Source of the DNA: Calditrichia bacterium
Lineage (GTDB): Bacteria; Calditrichota; Calditrichia; RBG-13-44-9; J075
Length of the DNA stretch: 64,000 nt
Reading direction: 5' to 3'
NCBI GenBank assembly: GCA_050633245.1
Contig: JBOEGD010000007.1
Location: 187,624 to 251,623, forward strand
This document shows positions 48,779 through 58,799 of the stretch, in pieces. Each line of letters starts with the position of its first letter. The first letter of the stretch is position 1. A model generated the notes under the pieces. It was not told the origin of the DNA. It did not search any database and saw nothing but the letters and a program-made list of their open reading frames with translations. A program made the position numbers and the translations under genes.

Positions 48779-50053
48779 CTAGAGCGTTCGGGAAGTTGCA
48801 GAAGAAGGTACTGCGTAGACGCCTTGCCAATCACGTGGCGGCGGTTTTAGAAGGAATTCCTGGCAGCGTAGCAGGTAGATTCGCGACGGTTCATCATCGC
48901 CGTCAATCTGCAGCGCCTGACGAAAACGATTTGCTGAGAGCTCCCACTTACGATCCATATAAAGCTCCAGACCTTCATGGAAATGGTCGAGCAGCTCTAT
49001 TCGGCTGGCGCCGAGAGCTTCGTTTCGCAGCCCAAGCAGCTGATGCAGGTAAAGCGGCGCGTCTTCTCGAGGTAAACGAATACGCGAAAATTTTCGAGCC
49101 CATATATGCTCAGAAATCAACTCAAAACAGCGTTCGCTAAGCAGAATCCTGCTGCCATAGAGCGTATTGAGACGGGCAATTTGCTGGCTAGCCTGAGCAA
49201 CAGCACCACCGGCAGAAATTCGCTGCCACTTACCGGGCCCTACATTGCCAACCACTAATTTACCGCTGTGCATGCCAATTAACCAGCCCGCAGTATTGAC
49301 GCCGGGAAGCGCAGTCAATTTCTCCTCAACATCTCGTAGAGCCCGACGTATTTTTAACACGGCATTGCACGCGCTAATAGTTTGTTCGGGAACATTATCT
49401 GAGTGTTGCCAAAACGCTGCAACGGCGCCACCCGGGGCAATTTCGGCGATCCCCATGTGCCCTTTTACCAAAGAAACGATGAGTTCGTTGGCTTCAGCGA
49501 TTAACGGCATAATCAATTCAGGTTCAGAGCGTGCAAGCTGATCGTGCAAACAATCCAGTTCAATATACACACTGGTACCCTCAAAGCTTTTGCCCTGCAG
49601 GCTTAGTTGCTTTTCCTGTCCACGCAGCTGCCGAAGGATTGGGGAAGGAATTTGAGCAGCGAGTGGATCTCTTAAATCATATTCTTCACGATTGAGGATT
49701 GCCTGAATGGTGTAATATATTAAAAATGCCGTCCAGACGCTGAGAATCAACATTCCTGCAGAAAGCTCAACCTTTAAAGAAGACTGAATTGGAAGAGCAA
49801 TCAGACCAATAAAAACGGTGAGCATAATCGCAATAAGCATCCCCCCGGCGAGCCGGAAGCGCTGGTAGAGAAAAATACTTAAAATCGCAAAAAAAATCGT
49901 TAGCGCTACCGGCAAAGCCGAGAATTCAGCAACATGCGGAATACGCAACTGTTTCATTAGCTGTGCATATACGCCACTTGATGCACCAAGGAGTGCCCAA
50001 ATTGCCGCACAGGTTGCCAACAACAATTGCGATTTGTTTCTTGAAAACCACAT
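48779..50053 (-). CDS. Membrane-anchored class III nucleotide cyclase-like protein with degenerate active site and TPR-like tail
   Basis: IGMHSGKLVVGNVG, LNTLYGSRILLSE and the 'YL.RC..F...PP..DW.GVY' tail match CyaA-like cyclases; catalytic residues are missing. Confidence 0.75.
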   Translation of the reverse strand: MWFSRNKSQLLLATCAAIWALLGASSGVYAQLMKQLRIPHVAEFSALPVALTIFFAILSIFLYQRFRLAGGMLIAIMLTVFIGLIALPIQSSLKVELSAGMLILSVWTAFLIYYTIQAILNREEYDLRDPLAAQIPSPILRQLRGQEKQLSLQGKSFEGTSVYIELDCLHDQLARSEPELIMPLIAEANELIVSLVKGHMGIAEIAPGGAVAAFWQHSDNVPEQTISACNAVLKIRRALRDVEEKLTALPGVNTAGWLIGMHSGKLVVGNVGPGKWQRISAGGAVAQASQQIARLNTLYGSRILLSERCFELISEHIWARKFSRIRLPREDAPLYLHQLLGLRNEALGASRIELLDHFHEGLELYMDRKWELSANRFRQALQIDGDDEPSRIYLLRCQEFLLKPPPRDWQGVYAVPSSATSRTL

Positions 50054-50067
50054 AAAGATCAGCCTGC

Positions 50068-51249
50068 TTAAGCGTTGTCAAATTCCATTAAAAGTTTTGT
50101 AAAATCGATAAGTTCTTCTTTAATATTATAGAAGTGCGGAGAAACGCGAATCTTCCCATCCCGCATCGAAACAAACATATTTTTTTCCTGAAGAAAGGCC
50201 AATAATTTTTCTGCTTCATGATGATAAAAGGTAACGATCCCAGAGCGACTTGCGTCCGTTGCGGAGGAAAACAGCCGATAACCTGCATTCGCCAACCACT
50301 CGCTTAGCCACTGACTATGTGACAATACCTGAGCCTCAATTCTTGCAGGAGCTGCATCTTCCAGTAGCTGAAGAGCCGCATTCGCCCCAATCACACCCAA
50401 CACGTTAAAAATGCCGGGTTCAAATCTACCGGCATCCGGCAAAAGTTTATAGTCCTGCGTAAAGAATGTCCAGGGATCTTCTACGGAGAGCCAGCCAGTT
50501 GCCATGGGAGCGAGTTTGTCAAAGATTGTTGGAGAGACATAAAAGAAGGACGTACCCCGAGGCCAAAGTAACCACTTTTGACCGCCACAAGCAAGAAAGT
50601 CTATTTTCATTTTTTGAACATCAAGCTGAAGTGCTCCCAGGCCTTGAATAGCATCTACGCAAAAGATCACTCCATGTTTCTGACAGATCCGACCGATTTC
50701 TGCCAGGTTGCTGCGAAAGCCGTTGAGAAACTGAACAAAACTGAGAGACAATACCGTGGTTTCGGGACGGATAGCAGCCTCAACTGCTTCAGGAGTGAGC
50801 ACACCGTTTTCGGCAGAGATAAAATCTATTTCAACACCCTTCTCGCGCAGTGCAAGAAAAGGGTTGACGTTTGAGGGGAACTCAAGATCGTTCAGGAGAA
50901 TGCGATCACCCTTTTTCCAGGTCAATCCCTGCGTAAGCCAATTGAGCGCCATTGACGTGCTATCGCTAACAGCAATTGAAGAGGCGGATGCGTTTATTAA
51001 CCGCCCCACTCTGTTCTTAAACTCTTCTCTTGCTTCGAGAGCATCCGGCCAATATTCTATCTCTCCGGTTGAACGCTGATACAGGCAGTCATTAACCGCC
51101 TGAATGACCGTTGTTGGCAAGGGTCCGGTAGCTGCATGATTGATGTAAGTCTTATTTTTCAGATATGGAAAAAGCGAGCGAAAGGAAGAAAGTTCGGCCT
51201 CGGTAAAGATGTCCTGCGTGGAATCTATCTTATGAGTTTCTGTGTACAT
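50068..51249 (-). CDS. Class V PLP-dependent aminotransferase-fold enzyme
   Basis: YINHAATGP, DAIQGLG, CGGQKWL (PLP Lys), IRVSPHFYN. The SufS/IscS catalytic Cys loop is absent. Confidence 0.88.
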   Translation of the reverse strand: MYTETHKIDSTQDIFTEAELSSFRSLFPYLKNKTYINHAATGPLPTTVIQAVNDCLYQRSTGEIEYWPDALEAREEFKNRVGRLINASASSIAVSDSTSMALNWLTQGLTWKKGDRILLNDLEFPSNVNPFLALREKGVEIDFISAENGVLTPEAVEAAIRPETTVLSLSFVQFLNGFRSNLAEIGRICQKHGVIFCVDAIQGLGALQLDVQKMKIDFLACGGQKWLLWPRGTSFFYVSPTIFDKLAPMATGWLSVEDPWTFFTQDYKLLPDAGRFEPGIFNVLGVIGANAALQLLEDAAPARIEAQVLSHSQWLSEWLANAGYRLFSSATDASRSGIVTFYHHEAEKLLAFLQEKNMFVSMRDGKIRVSPHFYNIKEELIDFTKLLMEFDNA

Positions 51250-51322
51250 ATCGCATCCCGTCGGTTTAGATCACCAATCTCATCCGTGGATCGGCAGTAG
51301 TTTCTTTTCATGAAGGCATCTG

Positions 51323-52921
51323 CTAATTGGTGTGATGAGATGCCAGAACATCGTCAAATTCGTTCACAAGCTTTCCGAATTGATCTCTGGTAAAGAATTT
51401 TACTTCGTGCAGCATGTTGTCTGGTTCCGGCTGAATCGGCAAGCGCCAGTTGACTCCTTTGGAGGCACCAACGACCGATTTAAGACGCCGGGAAGATTCA
51501 TCAATAAACATGCTCATATCAATGCGCACTTCAAATCCATCTATGTCTACAACAACGGCAATGTTATCGTTAAGTAAATGTTTCGGCGTAAAAACGACCG
51601 GGTAATCAAGCTGTTCTTTAAACGAAAAATAAATATGCAGGGCAAAAATCCATACCGGATAAGCAGCTTCCAGGTCTTCCAGATTAAATGGAGGAAGCTG
51701 ATTTTTACGCTGCCGTTCTGAATAAATCAATTTCCATAGTTCGTTCGGATTTATCACTTCATTGTGTACCGCGAGCCAGCTAAGAAACATTTCCAGAGTA
51801 TACACCGGCAGCTTGCGAAAAGTCTGATCAGTAATGTCCGATCGCACCATATTCAACTCTTCAACCTGCGTCATAAACTCCTGAAAATTTAGCTGGGTAA
51901 GCGCAAGCCAGTCTTCACTGTCGTGAATGCTTCGCAAATAATGAAACAACTCCTGTTGATTACTTTGATCACGCAGCACTGCTTTTATCAAATTTTTCCA
52001 CTGGTCGATTTCGCCTGACATCAGGAAATAGTTCTCCAGAAGTTGTCTGATCTCCATATCGGTTGAGTCTTGTCGGAACAATTCTTTCAACAGTTCAAGG
52101 CTTTTCTCTACCCGACCCATTTGCAGAATAATTAGCGCAATTCGCTTGCGCCAATAGTAGTTGGGCTTACGGCCGATCTCCTGCTGGATTGCTCTCAGAG
52201 ATTCTTTATATTTATCACGAGCTATCAAATAGTCCACTTCAACGTCAAGTAGTTCATCCGTTGCAATTTCGACATGCCCGGGTAGCGACATCTTTAAGAT
52301 TTCGTAAACATCTCTGGGAGATCGCTGGCTATTTTCAATGGAAAACTGTAGATAACGCTTCAGTAAACGACTATCATCGGAGTTTGCCAGCAGTGCATCG
52401 CGCATTTTATTAAATGCCTCTGGCTTACGTCCCAGCTTTAAAAGCGCTTCAGCCTGTAGTTCGGCAAAAAGGTTTGGCCGTTTTAGCAACTGCTGATAAT
52501 GGCGGATTTGCCCAAGGGCGGCATTCGCCAGACCCTCAACGATCAGCAACGGAATAAAACGCGCCAACACATAGGTGTCCTTATCGCTTCCGGTAAGCGC
52601 ACGTTCGTATTCTCGCAGTGCTTGCTTGGGTTGATTACACTGCTCAAATATTTTTCCGCGAAGGTAATAAGGAAAGGAAAGCTTGGCATTACTGCGAATC
52701 AGTCGATTAACAATAATCAGCGCTTTCTCCATCATGTCCAGCTTTAGATAAAGACTGGATAGTTGTCTGAGTAAAAACGGGTTGTCCGGAAGTTTCTCGA
52801 GTGCAACCAGCAGCGTTTCCTCAGCCTTTTTGTAGAGCTGTTGCTCCTGAAATTCCCTCGAAAGGTTAAGGTAGTTTTCCGCGACAGTCCTTTGAGCTGG
52901 CTGTATTGAAACCGTATTCAT
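51323..52921 (-). CDS. TPR-repeat hypothetical protein
   Basis: Helical TPR-like repeats (e.g. YYLRGKIFEQCNQPKQALREYERAL). Start moved to ATG 52921. Confidence 0.7.
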   Translation of the reverse strand: MNTVSIQPAQRTVAENYLNLSREFQEQQLYKKAEETLLVALEKLPDNPFLLRQLSSLYLKLDMMEKALIIVNRLIRSNAKLSFPYYLRGKIFEQCNQPKQALREYERALTGSDKDTYVLARFIPLLIVEGLANAALGQIRHYQQLLKRPNLFAELQAEALLKLGRKPEAFNKMRDALLANSDDSRLLKRYLQFSIENSQRSPRDVYEILKMSLPGHVEIATDELLDVEVDYLIARDKYKESLRAIQQEIGRKPNYYWRKRIALIILQMGRVEKSLELLKELFRQDSTDMEIRQLLENYFLMSGEIDQWKNLIKAVLRDQSNQQELFHYLRSIHDSEDWLALTQLNFQEFMTQVEELNMVRSDITDQTFRKLPVYTLEMFLSWLAVHNEVINPNELWKLIYSERQRKNQLPPFNLEDLEAAYPVWIFALHIYFSFKEQLDYPVVFTPKHLLNDNIAVVVDIDGFEVRIDMSMFIDESSRRLKSVVGASKGVNWRLPIQPEPDNMLHEVKFFTRDQFGKLVNEFDDVLASHHTN

Positions 52922-53228
52922 AATCCCCTGACGTCCCTGGAGTAAAATTCGTGGCAATGAAAGAAGAACTCTCAATCCGCGTGGCAATGTATTGCAAGGA
53001 AGGTAGAGGTTTTTAGTAATCTGGTCTTGATCTTTGACTCAACAATTGAAATGCAAAAAATAAATGAGGAGATTTTACAGCATTCATGGAAAAACGGCGG
53101 GGTTGATATCGAAAGGACAATCTGCAGAGGGCATACATTTCACTGTCATGTAGATCATTTTAAAATCTTCCCTGCCCTACTATTATCCATTTTTGTCTGG
53201 GATGTGGCGCTCGTGCTTTCTCAGTATG

Positions 53229-54104
53229 TTACACCATCAGCTGCGTCATAAAAAACCAGCACCATAGAAATGGACTCACAAATATTAGTGAATCAAAGCG
53301 ATCGAGAAGGCCTCCGTGTCCCGGAAGCAATGAAGAACTGTCCTTCACACCGGCATCGCGTTTAAAACGCGATTCAACAAGGTCTCCCATTTGACCAAAC
53401 ACACCGGCAATTAAACCTGTTGCCAACAAATCGCCTAAAGGTAGCTGCGGCAAAAGCAGCATGCCAATTCCAACAGCAGTTGCAATTGCTCCGACAAGCC
53501 CGGAAACAGCTCCCTCGATAGTCTTTTTGGGGCTCACCGATGGTGCCAGTTTATGCTTACCAAATGCCTTACCGCAAAAGTAGGCCGCAATATCGCATAT
53601 CCAGATAGCCAAAAATGCCAGCAGAATAAGCTTTCCACCGGCATAACCACTTTGGATTGAAGGATACCACGCTTCGAAATTCAAGCGCAAATGCAAGAGT
53701 GCTCCTAAAAAAACCGCTATGTAAAGAACACCGCTAACCGTAATGGCAGCATTAAGGCTTGCTATGGCTTCTTGTTTACGAATGGAAAGGAGTAGTAAAA
53801 TTGCAAAGCCAAGTAGCAAGACGACAGGTAACCAGATCAAGTTTAGTGCGATGGTCGCCAGAACGGCAGCGCCGATCACCACGCCGGGAACACGATAGGC
53901 GAACAGCTCTTTTTGCCGAAACATGGTATAGAATTCCCAAAGTGATACCATGCCGATAACCAGGGCCAGCAGCAGGAAATAATTGCCACCGCTTATAATT
54001 AGGAAAATGACCAGTGGTGCACCGATAACAGCAACCAGAATTCGTTTTATTAGTTCGTTCACAGTATTCACCTCAGCTTGTACAGTTCCAAAGACAGGAA
54101 GCAA
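53229..54104 (-). CDS. cdsA: Phosphatidate cytidylyltransferase
   Basis: DIAAYFCG..FGKHKLAP.VSPKKT.EG, GDLVESRFKR.AGVKDS..LPGHGG.LDRFDS. The true start is probably a few codons downstream. Confidence 0.95.
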   Translation of the reverse strand: MLPVFGTVQAEVNTVNELIKRILVAVIGAPLVIFLIISGGNYFLLLALVIGMVSLWEFYTMFRQKELFAYRVPGVVIGAAVLATIALNLIWLPVVLLLGFAILLLLSIRKQEAIASLNAAITVSGVLYIAVFLGALLHLRLNFEAWYPSIQSGYAGGKLILLAFLAIWICDIAAYFCGKAFGKHKLAPSVSPKKTIEGAVSGLVGAIATAVGIGMLLLPQLPLGDLLATGLIAGVFGQMGDLVESRFKRDAGVKDSSSLLPGHGGLLDRFDSLIFVSPFLWCWFFMTQLMV

Positions 54105-54170
54105 TATACGCTTTTCCGGGCAAACTCGATAGAGGGGGGAGAAAAAAAGGAGGGAGAATTGTGAGGCTAT

Positions 54171-54923
54171 CTAATCAATTTGGCGACGCAAGGCTTCAAA
54201 ACGTGTATAAACGCCTTCGAGGCGATCAATGACACGGCCGAAGCTGCGCTCTTCAATTGCCTGATCCAGTTCACTCACGGATTGACGAATCAGATCGAGA
54301 TTGTAGTATTCCATTGCGGTATGTAGCTTAACACACTGACCGCGTAAGGCGGAATAGTCTGCATCAATTAAATAACGAATAAACTGCACGTACACGGCGT
54401 CAAAGTGCCAGATAAAACTGGTTTTCATACGCTGCTTCAGCTTATCGTCTATATTCAAAGTGCTAATGGTATCAAAAACCGTTTCGGTCAGCGAATGTTT
54501 TTCGCTGCGATCTTTAAGTACAAATTCGATCTTGCGGCGGGCATCTTCAAGCAAAAAAGGCTTGGTAATAAAATCGTCAGCACCATATTCGATGGCCTCA
54601 ATAAGCGTCTCAACATCTGTTCGTGACGTTACAATTACAACAGCAACATCATTCAGGTGTGGAATTTGACGCAGCTCCTCAAGCGCCATCAAACCATCCA
54701 TGTCTGGCAACACCAGATCGAGTAAAATAGCATCCGGGCGATTGTCGTAGAGATAGCGAATGGCATCGGAGGCAGTTTCGGCTACTATTGTATCGTGGCC
54801 TGCAGCAGTTAAAACCTGCCGAAAAGACTCGCGAACGACAGCGTCGTCATCGACGACCAGGATCGAAGCTCTCTCCTCTGATGTCGTTGCACCAGAGAGA
54901 GAATCATTGTTACTAAAAGTCAT
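54171..54923 (-). CDS. Response regulator with helical (HPt-like?) C-terminal domain
   Basis: LVVDDD, LLDLVLPDMDG, VTS, ITKPF; C-terminal helical bundle unassigned. Confidence 0.8.
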   Translation of the reverse strand: MTFSNNDSLSGATTSEERASILVVDDDAVVRESFRQVLTAAGHDTIVAETASDAIRYLYDNRPDAILLDLVLPDMDGLMALEELRQIPHLNDVAVVIVTSRTDVETLIEAIEYGADDFITKPFLLEDARRKIEFVLKDRSEKHSLTETVFDTISTLNIDDKLKQRMKTSFIWHFDAVYVQFIRYLIDADYSALRGQCVKLHTAMEYYNLDLIRQSVSELDQAIEERSFGRVIDRLEGVYTRFEALRRQID

Positions 54924-54934
54924 TACGGCACCTG

Positions 54935-55864
54935 TTACAGATAGCGATCGATAAATTCTTTCAATTCGAACACGCCATCTTCCAGCACGATTTTATCAGC
55001 CAGCTCGATCGGCACTTCTTCGAAATAAAAGTTATCTACCTGTAAATTATCCACCTTTTTATCCAGAAGCTCGGTTGATTCGTTCTGCGAAAAGCGAACA
55101 GGGTAGGTTCGTTTTAACAACACCTTGCTGGTTTCACCTGCAATATATAGCGGCTTGTTCATTTCTTTGGCCAGCACGGCAATTGAGTGGGTTCCGGTCT
55201 TGTTAATATAAGACGTTTCGGTAAAGCGATCGGTTCCGGTCAGCACAAAATTACACTCATGAACGGCTCGTGCCATATCTGAGTCCGGAATGAGACGTAC
55301 TTTAATACCCGCCTTCGCTAAGCGCATGGCCATTTCGGCACCTTCATTCAGCGGTCTGCTTTCGGTGCAGATAACGCGAAAACGCTTCTTCTGCTTTCTT
55401 GCTTCCATCAAGATCGACTCGACGACACTACTTGCAGAATGTGTAAGCACAACATGGTGATCCAGAATCAGACGGCAACCCCACTTGGTGATGACACCGA
55501 CATTTTCTTCTGCAAAACCACGGAGTCGCTTTATCTCTTCCAGTGTAGAAACGCGGATTGCAGTGATATCTTTCTGCTCTTTGGGAATATTCTGAATAAA
55601 GTCCAGAACGAAGCGGGTGCGGTTGTAAATGAGCGCCATCAGAGGCTTTGCGCGTACCAGCGCATTACTCAACTTGGAAAGGGCCTGAATTAATTCGGTG
55701 CGATTGCGATAGAGCTGCTTTTCAACAAACGCCTCAACAATATCTAATGCCCTGTTTGAGAGGTAAATTGAGCCGTGCCTGGAATCTGCCCGAATTGTTT
55801 CCACATCATCACGCCAGTATTCCATTTCGGACTGATGGTTATCTTTTTCTTTCTTAGCCGACAT
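54935..55864 (-). CDS. eIF-2B/ribose-1,5-bisphosphate isomerase family (IF-2B) protein
   Basis: AKPLMALIYN, LTHSASSVV, TESRPLNEG, GTD, NKTGT..IAV.A, YFEEVP. Confidence 0.8.
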   Translation of the reverse strand: MSAKKEKDNHQSEMEYWRDDVETIRADSRHGSIYLSNRALDIVEAFVEKQLYRNRTELIQALSKLSNALVRAKPLMALIYNRTRFVLDFIQNIPKEQKDITAIRVSTLEEIKRLRGFAEENVGVITKWGCRLILDHHVVLTHSASSVVESILMEARKQKKRFRVICTESRPLNEGAEMAMRLAKAGIKVRLIPDSDMARAVHECNFVLTGTDRFTETSYINKTGTHSIAVLAKEMNKPLYIAGETSKVLLKRTYPVRFSQNESTELLDKKVDNLQVDNFYFEEVPIELADKIVLEDGVFELKEFIDRYL

Positions 55865-56174
55865 GTTCATCCATCCATTTTAAATAGGTTGATAACCCAC
55901 GCATAACAGGCAGTGCCAGGATTTCCGGAACGTCATATGGATGCAACTCCAAAAGACGTTTCTCAAGACTGTCATAGACCTCAGCGCTGGTTTTTATAAA
56001 TAATTGTATCTCTTCTTCTTCACAAATATTGCCTTGCCACATGTAAACAGATCGGATACCCGGCACTAAATTGCAGCATGCAGCAAGACGTTCAGTTACT
56101 AACACATTAGAGATCTGCTTTGCCGTATCGTGGTCAGGCACTGTGCAAAACACGAGTATTGGATTCGTTTTCAT
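55854..56174 (-). CDS. cutA: Divalent-cation tolerance protein CutA
   Basis: LVTERLAACCN, SVYMWQG, IKT, HPYDVPEI. Start placed at ATG 56174. Confidence 0.93.
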   Translation of the reverse strand: MKTNPILVFCTVPDHDTAKQISNVLVTERLAACCNLVPGIRSVYMWQGNICEEEEIQLFIKTSAEVYDSLEKRLLELHPYDVPEILALPVMRGLSTYLKWMDEHVG

Positions 56175-56433
56175 GAGATAAAAAAGGTAATCCTTACTGG
56201 AAAGCAAAATCAAGCGCATTTTTAAGCATATTTGGTGAATATACGCAACAACTCGTGTTGAAATACTGTCTAAATCACGCTAATCGAGGAATTGATTTTA
56301 AATTTTGTAAAATTCACGCCCCAAATTCAGTAAATTCTCGCTCACAATTGTGCACTATCACGTTCTCGAGAAAAAGATGAACGTATGTTATTGAGCTAAT
56401 TGCAGAACGAAAATTTAGATACCGGGATGTACT

Positions 56434-57447
56434 TTGGAGAACATGCATTTAATCGTGAGTAATCGGCAGGGTGAACTTATACATCTGAAAGAACTTCAAC
56501 CTGCTGGAATGAAGCTGGTTAAACCCGTTGCACTTGAAAAGAAAGATTTTATTCCTCTTCCTGCAGGAACCGTCATTAAACCATTGTTTGGCCGGGTGCC
56601 AATGGGTTATGACCCTGATTTGCAAAAATCTATCCGCCTGCATGACTATCGCGGTGAGCGCGTTTTCCCGGTGTCAGCGATTTTGCCTGAGTCGGCATTA
56701 CAAAATTACCGAAGTGCATATACCCTGGAATTGGATGCCCGGCGTCTGGAACCGGCAAATTATACTGCTGTAGGGGGTAACGAAGACAAAATATTCTCTG
56801 CCGCACTCCAGCTTCCGGCCCCGTCGACAACACGTCTGGACATCTCGGTAGAGGAGAGCGTGCAGCAAAATGAAAAGATAGCTGTCCATCTGCAAGACGA
56901 TCCAGAGCATATCGTTGTATTTCACTCCCTGTCTGAACTCAGTTCGGAGCTTGGTTCGATCTTCGAGAAGCTCTTAAATAAGTTGGAGGAAGAGAAAGAC
57001 CAGTGCTATATGGTCTGCAGTGCAAAAGTTTTGGCTGAAAACCCGCAATGGAAAAAACGATTTAAGCGCATTTCCCTGACTGCAAACTCGCTACAACCTC
57101 AATTTTACAATCGTTTTCACAGCTCAACAAAAGAAGCTTTTGAAGTAATGTCAAAACAGTTGGAAATACTTGCTGCAGAATCGAAAGCAGCTCTTGCCTA
57201 TCAGACATTTCCAGGTCTTACCGACCATCCGATGGAAATGGCCGCTTTAACTAAAGCAATTGAGACGTATAACATCGATCACTTGCAGGTTAACAATATA
57301 GCCTGTGATCCCGATTGGTATGTTGAGGAGCTTGCTCTTTTTCGCCAGCATCGACAAATGCTCGGCATGCAAGAATGGTGGTCCGAGCTAAATTCGCTGG
57401 ATATAGAAATTCATACTGTTACGCAACATGTAAGTACAGGCGTCTAA
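56434..57447 (+). CDS. Radical-SAM-family homolog lacking the iron-sulfur motif
   Basis: FIPLPAG...LFGRVPMGYDP N-terminus and ISLTANS...FPGLTD..E..AL...IDHLQVNNIACDPDWY C-terminus recall an uncharacterised radical SAM family; no CxxxCxxC. Confidence 0.55.
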   Translation: MENMHLIVSNRQGELIHLKELQPAGMKLVKPVALEKKDFIPLPAGTVIKPLFGRVPMGYDPDLQKSIRLHDYRGERVFPVSAILPESALQNYRSAYTLELDARRLEPANYTAVGGNEDKIFSAALQLPAPSTTRLDISVEESVQQNEKIAVHLQDDPEHIVVFHSLSELSSELGSIFEKLLNKLEEEKDQCYMVCSAKVLAENPQWKKRFKRISLTANSLQPQFYNRFHSSTKEAFEVMSKQLEILAAESKAALAYQTFPGLTDHPMEMAALTKAIETYNIDHLQVNNIACDPDWYVEELALFRQHRQMLGMQEWWSELNSLDIEIHTVTQHVSTGV

Positions 57448-58646
57448 TTCAGCTCGACCCCGACCATAGACATATCATCTCGGCTGACCACGCTGGCAGC
57501 ATTGGATTCAGCCACCCCAAATACCTTTTCGAGCACATCACTCATCGAGCGACTATGCACCTCTTCAATGCAGTCAATTAGTCGCGACGGATATATTGCT
57601 GAATTCTTATCCGCGTAAGCTCGCGTAACGCTATCAGAATAGATGTATATTCTTTCGCCATACTGAAGCTTTAGTTCCTGTGTAACATATTGTGCCTCTG
57701 GAAGTAATCCAACCGGCAGACCACCTTCTTTTACAAAAGCAGCCTCCCCATCAACATTGACCTTTACACAGGCAGGATATCCGGCAACGGTGAACCTTAA
57801 GATGCGTGACTTACGATTATAGACACCATAAAAGAGTGAAAAGAATTGCGGATTCTCGAAATCGTTCTGAAACTGTCGGTTTAACAAATCGATTACTTCA
57901 TTTGGCGTTCGCAAGTTATGCGCATCATCCGAAGAAGGCTTAAAAAGCGTATATCCGCCAAGTGACGGAGTCAGCATACGCGTTAGGCTTACAGACAACA
58001 ATGCAGCAGCCAACCCCTGGCCACTAACGTCGATGAGGTAAATACCAACATTCTCGTCATTCAGCTCAATCATGTTCAGCATATCACCAGATAACTCTCT
58101 CGAAGGACGCAGCTTCCACGCCAGGGAAAGGCCTTCGAAGGGCAATAATTTCTTTGGCAACAGAGACTGCTGGATTTGTGACGCGGCAACAAGCATTTGA
58201 CGCATTCGGTCGTTCACCCGCGTCAAATGTTGGTTGTCCTTATGCACCTCGGAGTTGGTAGCAAAAAGTATTTCTTCGTTGCGAATAATGCGTTCACCGG
58301 CACGAATCCGTGCACGCAACTCAGCTGGGTAGCACGGCTTACGCAAAAAGTCGTCCACACCGCTTTCTATTGCCTCAACCATTTCACTTTTCTTCTCGAC
58401 AGAGCTTAACATAATAATATAAACATAGCCGGAGCGAGGCACTTCGCGAATTTTCTTTACCAGATCAAGACCATTCATCTCGGGCATTAACCAATCCACT
58501 ATAACAATAGAGAAGGAATCCTGACAGAAAGATTTAAAGCCAGACAGCCCGTCGCGGCGCCACTCCGTTTCATACCCCCACTTGATAAGGCAACTTTTCA
58601 GGAATACACCAGTATTCTTTTCATCTTCAATTAGCAATACTTTCAT
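57444..58646 (-). CDS. Receiver-SpoIIE/PP2C phosphatase (RsbU/RsbY-like)
   Basis: REC (IEDE, VDWLMP, KP), coiled coil, IQQSLLP, SGDMLN, DVSGQG, YSDS, RDDMS. Confidence 0.88.
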   Translation of the reverse strand: MKVLLIEDEKNTGVFLKSCLIKWGYETEWRRDGLSGFKSFCQDSFSIVIVDWLMPEMNGLDLVKKIREVPRSGYVYIIMLSSVEKKSEMVEAIESGVDDFLRKPCYPAELRARIRAGERIIRNEEILFATNSEVHKDNQHLTRVNDRMRQMLVAASQIQQSLLPKKLLPFEGLSLAWKLRPSRELSGDMLNMIELNDENVGIYLIDVSGQGLAAALLSVSLTRMLTPSLGGYTLFKPSSDDAHNLRTPNEVIDLLNRQFQNDFENPQFFSLFYGVYNRKSRILRFTVAGYPACVKVNVDGEAAFVKEGGLPVGLLPEAQYVTQELKLQYGERIYIYSDSVTRAYADKNSAIYPSRLIDCIEEVHSRSMSDVLEKVFGVAESNAASVVSRDDMSMVGVELN

Positions 58647-58799
58647 CGCACCACGCCTCCATTCTTTTCACCCTTTTTATCATCGAATCCTTTGCCGAAA
58701 AAATAAAAAGATTCTTCAATAAGTGGCTGAAAGCTCCGACAACGTAATTAGAAAAGAATAAGAAGTTGTGCAAATAGCTTGATAAAAAAAGGATAAGAT

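Noticed and set aside
50068-51249. Cysteine desulfurase (sufS/iscS) call
   Set aside because: The catalytic Cys loop (RxGHHCA or SSGSAC) is absent.
52950-52996. CGTGGCAATG direct repeat and TGGCAATGTATTGCA as a sigma54 site
   Set aside because: GG-GC spacing is 9 rather than 10, and the orientation is opposite to the adjacent gene; the repeat alone is too short to interpret.
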